Sequence record: LC546831.1
Strand: one strand, 5' to 3'
Source: a plasmid
DNA: 64,000 nucleotides
In this document: piece by piece, positions 57,564-64,000 of the stretch
Layout: each line of letters opens with the position of its first letter
How positions within the stretch are numbered: position 1 is the first letter of the stretch
Program-made: the position numbers and the translations under genes
The notes under the pieces: model-generated
What the model was told of the DNA's origin: nothing
Seen by the model: only the letters and a program-made list of their open reading frames with translations
Databases searched by the model: none

Positions 57564-58390
57564 ATAGTTCAGCAATAAGTTTTATGGCGGGCTTTATTCT
57601 TTGTTTAATAGTCATGTTCGCTTCGAGCCGGTTGATGGTTCAAACGCCAGCCACCATTACGGCGGCTCCAGTGGTGTTTACCCCGGCGCAGCAGGAGGCT
57701 ATCGGCTCGCTTGCCCGCGATTACCTGCTGGCGCACCCGGACATCCTGCTGCAGATGAGCGAGAAGCTGGAGGCACAGCAACAGACCGCGGCCAATCGCA
57801 CGGTGCAAACCGCGTTGACCACGCAGCCGGAACTGCAGGCGACGTTATTGCACGATCCTGCGACGCCGGTAGTGCATCCTGACGGCGGCGTGACCGTGGT
57901 GCAGTTTTTTGACTATCAGTGCATCTGGTGCGCGCGTATGGCGCCGGTGGTGGCCGACTTTGTGCGAGACAATCCCGATGTGCGTTTCGTGTTCAAGGAA
58001 TTCCCCATTTTCGGCAGTCGCTGGCCGATGTCGGTGCAGGCGGCACGCACCGGCCTGACGCTGTGGCACCTTAAGGGTGGTGACGCCTATCTGGCCTACC
58101 ACAATGCGGTGTTTGCTTCCGGTGAGAACGAAGGTCGGTTGTCGCAACCCACGCTTAATGCGGCACTCCTGGCGGCCGGCACCGCGCCGATGACCGTACT
58201 GCCCGAGACGGAGAAAACGCTGCTGGCCACACGCGAGCTGGCCCAGCAGCTGAATATCAGCGGCACCCCCGCCTTTATTGTTATGCCGACCCGTGATGCG
58301 CAGGCGGAGCAGGTGACGCCGCTGTACGGCGCCGTGGATGTGAAGGCGTTGCAGTCTGCGGTCGCACAGGCAAAAGCAGGAGGCCACTGA
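57560..58390 (+). CDS. DsbA-like thioredoxin-fold thiol:disulfide oxidoreductase (CIWC active site) inserted between trbI and traW
   Basis: CxxC motif FDYQCIWCARMAP and DsbA-family C-terminus (ISGTPAFIV). Confidence 0.7.
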   Translation: MNSSAISFMAGFILCLIVMFASSRLMVQTPATITAAPVVFTPAQQEAIGSLARDYLLAHPDILLQMSEKLEAQQQTAANRTVQTALTTQPELQATLLHDPATPVVHPDGGVTVVQFFDYQCIWCARMAPVVADFVRDNPDVRFVFKEFPIFGSRWPMSVQAARTGLTLWHLKGGDAYLAYHNAVFASGENEGRLSQPTLNAALLAAGTAPMTVLPETEKTLLATRELAQQLNISGTPAFIVMPTRDAQAEQVTPLYGAVDVKALQSAVAQAKAGGH

Positions 58391-59025
58391 TGCGCGTTGT
58401 CTGCCTGGTGTTCTCCTTATCACTGCTGCCTTGCATGGCGGTGGCCAAAGACTTCGGCACCTGGGGCGACCTGTACCCGGTTGCCGAGCCGGACATGCTG
58501 CAGACCATTCACGAACGGCTGACCGAATTGCAGCGCAGCGGCCGTTGGGATGAGGAAATGACGGCGTTCAAAGAGCGCACCGTGAAGCACAGCCAGCGGC
58601 CTGAGCCGGTCGCCGGCATCGGCAAGACCGAACGCTATGCCGAACGCTTCTTCGATCCGAGCGTACAGCTCTCTTCTGACCTGAAAGACGACAAGGGGCG
58701 AGTCTTTGCCCGCAAGGGCGACGTTATCAACCCGCTGGCCACCGTGCCGTTCGCGCAGACGCTGTATTTCATCGACGGCGACGATCCGCAGCAGGTTGCC
58801 TGGATGAAGGCGCAGCAGCCAGAGACCCTGATGGTGAAGATCATTTTGGTCAACGGCGACGTTCCCAAAACCTCTGCCGCGCTGGACAGCCGTATCTACT
58901 TCGATCAGGGAGGGGCGCTGTCGCGCCGGTTCGGGCTGACGACGGTACCGGCGCGCATCACGGCGGCGCCGAGCGGCCTGCGGCTGCGTATCGAATCCAT
59001 TCCTGCCGCCGGCAGCACGAACTGA
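58390..59025 (+). CDS. traW: TraW
   Basis: Strong similarity to F TraW (DLGTWGDLWPV.EPDML..I..RL..L...G...........ER). Confidence 0.88.
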   Translation: MRVVCLVFSLSLLPCMAVAKDFGTWGDLYPVAEPDMLQTIHERLTELQRSGRWDEEMTAFKERTVKHSQRPEPVAGIGKTERYAERFFDPSVQLSSDLKDDKGRVFARKGDVINPLATVPFAQTLYFIDGDDPQQVAWMKAQQPETLMVKIILVNGDVPKTSAALDSRIYFDQGGALSRRFGLTTVPARITAAPSGLRLRIESIPAAGSTN

Positions 59026-59036
59026 AGGGGAACAAT

Positions 59037-59414
59037 ATGTTTGTGACACGTAAACGTTTTATTGCGACCGAGAATCAGCTGCAGAGCTGTCGCCAATTGC
59101 TGGCCGCGCGCCACGGCGAGTTGATGGCCATCCGCCAGGCGGCATCGGCAAAGGGGGGGATCTACAAATGCATTCTTGAGTGCCGTGAGGTCGCCCACGA
59201 GCTGCGTGAACAGCTGCCTGCCGAACAGAACGGTCATGGCCCTTATCTGTTCGACAAGCTGGCGCTTATCGATAGCTTGCTGAGCACCCTGGCTGCGTTA
59301 TTGCCGCCGCAGGATGAAGCACGTCCCACCGCCCGGATGGTTGCCGCCGGTGATGTGCAAGAGATTTACCGGGGAACGCAGTGGGCGACGCATTGCCAGG
59401 AGCATCGCGTATGA
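59037..59414 (+). CDS. Hypothetical protein (125 aa) between traW and traU
   Basis: ORF, 4 bp overlap with traU. Confidence 0.35.
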   Translation: MFVTRKRFIATENQLQSCRQLLAARHGELMAIRQAASAKGGIYKCILECREVAHELREQLPAEQNGHGPYLFDKLALIDSLLSTLAALLPPQDEARPTARMVAAGDVQEIYRGTQWATHCQEHRV

Positions 59415-60409
59415 CCCGGTGCTGGCTCTCGGCGTTGCTGGTCGTGGCAGGCCTGTTTTCGGCACCGTCTCAGGCAGCGGATGCGGCCTGTCAGGGGCGC
59501 TTTGTTAACCCGATCACCGATATCTGCTGGCGCTGCATCTTCCCGCTCTCGATTGGGAGCATTCCGGTCGGGAAAGGGGATTTGCCGGATACCAGTAATC
59601 CGGGCAGCCCTATTCAGTTTTGCCCGGCACCGCCGCCGATTTTTCAACGTATCGGGATGGCGATGGGGTACTGGGAGCCGATGGCCATGACTGACGTGAC
59701 CCGTTCGCCGGGCTGCATGGTCAATCTGGGCGGCTTTAGTATCAATCTCGGCAAGATTGGCACCGGCACGGGGGGCAGCAGTGGTAAAGGGGACGTGACC
59801 ACCGCGTTCTATCACGTCCACTGGTACAAGTACCCGCTGACCTACTGGCTGAACATCATCACGTCAGTGGGCTGCCTGCAGGGTGGCGACCTGGATATTG
59901 CCTATCTGTCGGAAATCGATCCGACCTGGGTGGACAGCAGCCTGACCACCATTCTCAATCCGGAGGCGGTGGTCTTTGCCAACCCACTGGCGCAGGGAGC
60001 CTGCGCGGCCGACGCCATTGCCAGCGGCTTCCATCTGCCGCTCGACGCATTGTTCTGGTGCGCCGGCAGTCAGGGGTCGATGTACCCGTTCAACGGCTGG
60101 GTCGCCAAGGAAATCAGTCCGCTGCAGTCGTCAGTTCTGGTCTCGGAAAAGATGGCGTTCAAGCTGCACCGCCAGGGACAAATCATGGAGTCCATCGGCA
60201 AAGACCGGGCGGTCTGTTTCGAGTATCCGTCACCGATCATGCCGAAAGAGCGCTGGCGTTATCAGATGGTGAACATGTACCCGGACAGCGCCCGCTGTCA
60301 CCCGATGGGGCGCAGCGTGATGCGCTGGGAGGTGGGCCACAACTCACCGGCCAGCAAGAAGAACTTCGGCTACGTCATGTGGCGCAAGCGCAACTGCGTC
60401 TTTTTATAA
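59411..60409 (+). CDS. traU: TraU
   Basis: Signal peptide; Cys-rich mature protein like F TraU. Confidence 0.9.
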   Translation: MTRCWLSALLVVAGLFSAPSQAADAACQGRFVNPITDICWRCIFPLSIGSIPVGKGDLPDTSNPGSPIQFCPAPPPIFQRIGMAMGYWEPMAMTDVTRSPGCMVNLGGFSINLGKIGTGTGGSSGKGDVTTAFYHVHWYKYPLTYWLNIITSVGCLQGGDLDIAYLSEIDPTWVDSSLTTILNPEAVVFANPLAQGACAADAIASGFHLPLDALFWCAGSQGSMYPFNGWVAKEISPLQSSVLVSEKMAFKLHRQGQIMESIGKDRAVCFEYPSPIMPKERWRYQMVNMYPDSARCHPMGRSVMRWEVGHNSPASKKNFGYVMWRKRNCVFL

Positions 60410-60419
60410 GGAGAAAGTC

Positions 60420-61094
60420 ATGACGACATACAGCAAGGCGACAGGGCTGCTGACAGTGCTCCTGACGGGGGCAACCGTACCGATGATCGCTGTCGGGCAA
60501 ACGGCGGCAGATCCTGTTGCTACCGCACAGCAGCAGGCGACCGTCCAGGTGGACAGCAACCGGGCATGGCTGCGCGAGCAGGAAAAACGCTCGGCTGACT
60601 TGCACCAAAACACCCCGGTGCCGGAGTTCCTGCGTAATCAACCGCCGCGTTCTCTGGCACAGGACGACCAGTCTTTTATTGACCAGCTGGCAGCAAAGCA
60701 GCGTCAGGACGCCGCCGAACAACCGGCCGAGGGCGCGCTGTACTTCGTGTCCTTCGCTATTCCCGAGGAAGGTATGCGCCGCATGCTGCAAGAGGCGCGT
60801 CGTTTCGGTATTCCGGCCACGTTGCGCGGCATGGTGAATGGCGACATGCGCGTAACGGTGCAGCGGGTGCAAAAACTGGTGGAAGCGGGCGGCATCGACG
60901 GCGTGCAAATCGACCCGCAGCCCTACAGCCAGTTCGGCATCACCGCCGTGCCAGCGCTGGTCGTGCGCTGCGCGGCCGGCTTCGATGTGGTGCGCGGCAA
61001 TCTGCTGATGACGCAGGCGCTGAAGAAGGTCGCCAAAGACGGCGATTGTGCCGCCACGGCTCAGGCGCTGCTGGACAAGGAGAGCGGAAAATGA
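60420..61094 (+). CDS. trbC: TrbC
   Basis: Position, signal peptide, F TrbC similarity. Confidence 0.8.
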   Translation: MTTYSKATGLLTVLLTGATVPMIAVGQTAADPVATAQQQATVQVDSNRAWLREQEKRSADLHQNTPVPEFLRNQPPRSLAQDDQSFIDQLAAKQRQDAAEQPAEGALYFVSFAIPEEGMRRMLQEARRFGIPATLRGMVNGDMRVTVQRVQKLVEAGGIDGVQIDPQPYSQFGITAVPALVVRCAAGFDVVRGNLLMTQALKKVAKDGDCAATAQALLDKESGK

Positions 61095-62995
61095 CCCACC
61101 TGGTGAAGTCACTGCCCGGACTGCTGGCAACACATGCCCTGGTGCTGGGGACGTTTATCTTCGCCACCGGCGATTGCCGGGCGGAAGGTGATGACGTGTT
61201 CCAGACCGGCAGCGAGTTTGCCAAACAGATCGCCGGTCAGGGTACAGGTACGCTGCAGAACACCAACCCGGCGAACGTGTTGCCGAACTACACCGACAAC
61301 CCGAAAGAAAAAGGCTATTACGGCGGCGTGACGGCCGGGGATGCCAACAATCTCAAGACCGACGGCGGCACCGCATGGGGCCAGACCGAGGTCGGGCAGG
61401 CGGTGACCGATTCGGTGCTCAAGAACCCCAAGGAGCCGATTTCTCACGATGCGCCCTTTATTCAGGCTGGCAAGGAGATTGAAGGCAAGGCCGAGAGCAT
61501 CGTCGGCAAGACCGGCCCGGACTGCAAGGCCGAACAGGTAACCCGCAGTGAGTTCACCCGGCATGTGTGCGAGCGTGATACGGCGGTGATGCGTACCTGC
61601 GAACGTGCCACCGACATCGGTGGCCACTATGAGACCCGTTATGAAGACCGTAACGCGCACATCGACAAATCGATGATCCGTTGGTGGAAAGAGGGCAACC
61701 GCATTCACGGCACCTTTACGGCGCCGTTTACCGGCAAGCTCACTACGGGTTCGATATACCTCGAGCTGCAGGACGATCTGCACAGCTATGGCGTGCCGCT
61801 GGCCTTTTCACTGCTGGGGAATGAGGTGCGCTATGGGCGTCAGGACTGGGGCAGTCGGCCGCTGAACGTCGGTAACGTCACGCTCACGCAGGGTCAGCAG
61901 GTCGATATATTCCTCACGATGGACCCCGGTGGCCACCTGGATACCTTTCTGGATGCGATGGTCAGGCAGCTGAGCGGCGGCGGGGGCGGCTCGCCGATGG
62001 TGTTCTACGTGAAGTTCGACGGCAGTTCGTCGGTGCAGGTTTGGGTGCCGACCACGTCGACGCCGGCCGACTGTCCACTGGCACAGGAAGCCGGGGCGGT
62101 GAAGGTCAATACCGTCTGCAGTGAGCCGGGCGGCGAGCGAACCGTTACGGTCAACGGCCAGACCTATCCGGTGTGGGCCAGCTGCTGGCGCTTTACCGAT
62201 ACCTATCGGTTGCAGGAGGCCGGCCAGGGCAGCTGCGACGCCTATGCCAACAATCCGGCCTGTACCATCGCTACGCACGGCTGCGCCTTCTCTGATGAGT
62301 ATGGCCAGTGCCTGCACGAGAACGTGACCTACTCCTGCGAAACCCGCACCACCGGTAACGTGATGCTGTGCGGTGGCCAGATGTACTGCCTGGACGGGGA
62401 GTGCGACAAGGCGCAGAAGGGCACTCAGGGTAACGACTTTGCGCACGCCGTTTCCGAGCTGGCCGCGGTGGCGGCCGCCGGCAAGGACGTGGCGGCGCTG
62501 AACGGTATCGATGTGCGCGCCTTCACCGGTAAGGGACAGTCCTGCCGCAAGGCATTTGCCGGTTTCAGCGACTGCTGCAAGGACTCCGGGTGGGGTAACA
62601 GCGTCGGGTTGGCGCACTGCGACAGCGAAGAGAAGGCGCTGGGCAAGGCGAAAGAGAACAAATTGACCGTCAGCGTCGGCGAATACTGCAGCAAGAAAGT
62701 GCTGGGTGTCTGCCTGCAGAAGAAGCGCAGCTACTGCCAGTTCGACAGCAAGCTGGCGCAGATTGTTCAGCAGCAGGGGCGCGCGTGGCAGCTGGGTATC
62801 GGCTTTGGCGCCGCAAAATCACCGGACTGCCGGGGTATTACCGTAGATGAGTTGCAGCGCATCAACTTCGACCAGCTGGACTTCGCCAATTTCTATGAAG
62901 ACCTGATGAAGAACCAGAAGGTGCCCGAAGACGCGGCCCTGCTGGAAAAGGTGAAGAAGCAAATTGCAGATCGCATGACGGAGGCAGCCAAGTGA
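61091..62995 (+). CDS. traN: TraN (outer-membrane mating-pair stabilisation protein)
   Basis: Large Cys-rich protein; ATGA overlap with trbC and traF. Confidence 0.9.
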   Translation: MTHLVKSLPGLLATHALVLGTFIFATGDCRAEGDDVFQTGSEFAKQIAGQGTGTLQNTNPANVLPNYTDNPKEKGYYGGVTAGDANNLKTDGGTAWGQTEVGQAVTDSVLKNPKEPISHDAPFIQAGKEIEGKAESIVGKTGPDCKAEQVTRSEFTRHVCERDTAVMRTCERATDIGGHYETRYEDRNAHIDKSMIRWWKEGNRIHGTFTAPFTGKLTTGSIYLELQDDLHSYGVPLAFSLLGNEVRYGRQDWGSRPLNVGNVTLTQGQQVDIFLTMDPGGHLDTFLDAMVRQLSGGGGGSPMVFYVKFDGSSSVQVWVPTTSTPADCPLAQEAGAVKVNTVCSEPGGERTVTVNGQTYPVWASCWRFTDTYRLQEAGQGSCDAYANNPACTIATHGCAFSDEYGQCLHENVTYSCETRTTGNVMLCGGQMYCLDGECDKAQKGTQGNDFAHAVSELAAVAAAGKDVAALNGIDVRAFTGKGQSCRKAFAGFSDCCKDSGWGNSVGLAHCDSEEKALGKAKENKLTVSVGEYCSKKVLGVCLQKKRSYCQFDSKLAQIVQQQGRAWQLGIGFGAAKSPDCRGITVDELQRINFDQLDFANFYEDLMKNQKVPEDAALLEKVKKQIADRMTEAAK

Positions 62996-63786
62996 AAACA
63001 CGCGGGACTTCAAATTTCAATTTGGCGGCACGCGGGTTGGCCAACCGCAGGGCGGCAGCGTTGTTGGGTATGAGCCTGCTGGGCGCGGCGTTCACTGCGC
63101 AGGCCGGCGGCTGGCAGTGGTATGAGCGGGAGGCCAAACCCGCTGACGAAGATATACCACTGCCGGCTGCAGCCCCGGCCGCACCGGCCGGGGCACTGGA
63201 AAAGCTGCAGCTGCTGCAGCAGTCGCTCAAGGAGAAGCTGGCGGACGCCATCCTGTACCCCAGTACCGAGAACTTCGTGAAGTTCTTCCAGATGCAGAAC
63301 TACTTCACCCAGCAGGCGGGACTATTTGAGCGCTCCGCTCAGCGCGCGTTCCTAGCGCACCCGGAGCTGGATTACAACCTGAAACACAGTCATTACAACG
63401 GCACGGTAAAGAGCCAGTTGGCGGCCGATTTCGCTGCCCAGCGCGAGGCCATCGGCCAGCTGGCGCAGCGTTATGGCGTGATGCTGTTTTATCGCGGCGC
63501 CGAGCCTATCGACGGCCAGCTGGTGAGCGTGGTGAAGGGCTTTCGGGATAGCTACGGGCTGTCGGTGGTGCCGGTGACCGTTGACGGGGTGGTTAACCCT
63601 GCGATGCCGGAGAGCCGGCGTGATGCGGGGCAGGCGCAGCGGTTGGGTGTCAGTCACTTCCCGGCACTGATGCTGGTTGATCCGCGCAGCGGGGCGGTCA
63701 AGCCGCTGGCCTACGGCTTTATCAGTCAGGACGACCTGGCGCGGCAATTCCGCGACGTGTTAACCGATTTCAAACCGAACTATTAA
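62992..63786 (+). CDS. traF: TraF (thioredoxin-fold, no CxxC)
   Basis: F TraF similarity (FFQMQNYFTQQAG..). Confidence 0.88.
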   Translation: MKTRGTSNFNLAARGLANRRAAALLGMSLLGAAFTAQAGGWQWYEREAKPADEDIPLPAAAPAAPAGALEKLQLLQQSLKEKLADAILYPSTENFVKFFQMQNYFTQQAGLFERSAQRAFLAHPELDYNLKHSHYNGTVKSQLAADFAAQREAIGQLAQRYGVMLFYRGAEPIDGQLVSVVKGFRDSYGLSVVPVTVDGVVNPAMPESRRDAGQAQRLGVSHFPALMLVDPRSGAVKPLAYGFISQDDLARQFRDVLTDFKPNY

Positions 63787-63796
63787 AGGAACGTGA

Positions 63797-64000
63797 ATGC
63801 GTAAATTCAAATTTCCCCAGGTTGACGTTGCCGGCATGTGGATGGTCGGGCTGGGTTTGTGGTGCAACATGATAGCGGGCTGCGTCTGGTCTTTGCCTGA
63901 TTTTGCCTGGGGGCTGGCCAAGCTGTTAGCCGTCAGCCTGATAGTTATCGGCGGCTATCGCATTCTGGATGCTATTGCGACCCGCGTGGCGGATGAAAGG
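63797..64000 (+). CDS. traQ: TraQ (pilin chaperone), 5-prime partial at the window end
   Basis: MRKFKFPQVDVAGMWMVGLGLW... resembles F TraQ ...LPRLDVPGMWVFSLGVWFHIVARL.. Confidence 0.6.
   Translation, partial: MRKFKFPQVDVAGMWMVGLGLWCNMIAGCVWSLPDFAWGLAKLLAVSLIVIGGYRILDAIATRVADER

Noticed and set aside
60375-62617. Minus-strand ORFs of 252 and 269 aa overlapping trbC/traN
   Set aside because: They are antisense frames within conserved tra genes in high-GC DNA.

Overview
This window reads as a mosaic segment of a large IncFII-family F-like conjugative plasmid from an enterobacterial host. Most of it is high GC (about 58-62%), punctuated by low-GC islands.

Order along the window:
(1) copB/repA replicon with an iterated ori-like repeat cluster.
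(2) An intact Tn3-family transposon (38-bp inverted repeats, 5-bp TAAAC target duplication) carrying tnpA, tnpR and a blaTEM allele with ESBL-type substitutions (Q39K, R164H, E240K versus TEM-1). It also has a 15-bp tandem amplification between tnpR and bla.
(3) A candidate TisB/IstR-1-like type I toxin plus antisense sRNA module beside an SOS module: LexA box, umuD, umuC and an SRAP/YedK-like gene.
(4) A vapC remnant, an Ltp-family protein, a low-GC membrane-protein islet, and an intact vapBC pair.
(5) A two-gene CBASS-like defence pair: a SMODS-type cGAS/DncV-like nucleotidyltransferase and a SLATT-like multi-TM effector.
(6) A tyrosine recombinase followed by a module of small genes, an SSB-like OB-fold protein, ParA, ParB and a 442-aa unknown protein. 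Seven copies of the 16-bp palindrome GTTTCGCATGCGAAAC are distributed through it.
(7) A long leading region of about 18 kb transferred first from oriT. It holds an orphan DNA methyltransferase, an ArdB/KlcA antirestriction protein, a 690-aa ParB-like protein, psiB and psiA, a stbDE toxin-antitoxin pair, an XRE regulator, an HsdM-like protein with a degenerate catalytic motif, and a DUF932 protein. It also holds at least four copies of an approximately 500-bp Frpo/ssi-like repeat, each fused to a gene with a shared MNTQNV/MAQQNV N-terminus.
(8) A gene X lytic transglycosylase, then oriT with an F-like nic sequence, then traM.
(9) A 4.3-kb low-GC island in place of traJ. It encodes a hybrid histidine kinase, a periplasmic Mo-fold accessory protein, a GT9-like glycosyltransferase and an HTH-REC regulator, transcribed divergently from traY.
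(10) The tra operon: traY, traA, traL, traE, traK, traB, a traP-like gene, traV, traC, trbI, an inserted DsbA-like gene, traW, an unknown orf, traU, trbC, traN, traF and partial traQ.

The most interesting candidates are the two-component island replacing traJ, the SMODS-SLATT pair, the palindrome-linked partition/regulon module, the TisB/IstR-like pair split from its terminator by the transposon, and the Frpo-repeat gene cassettes.
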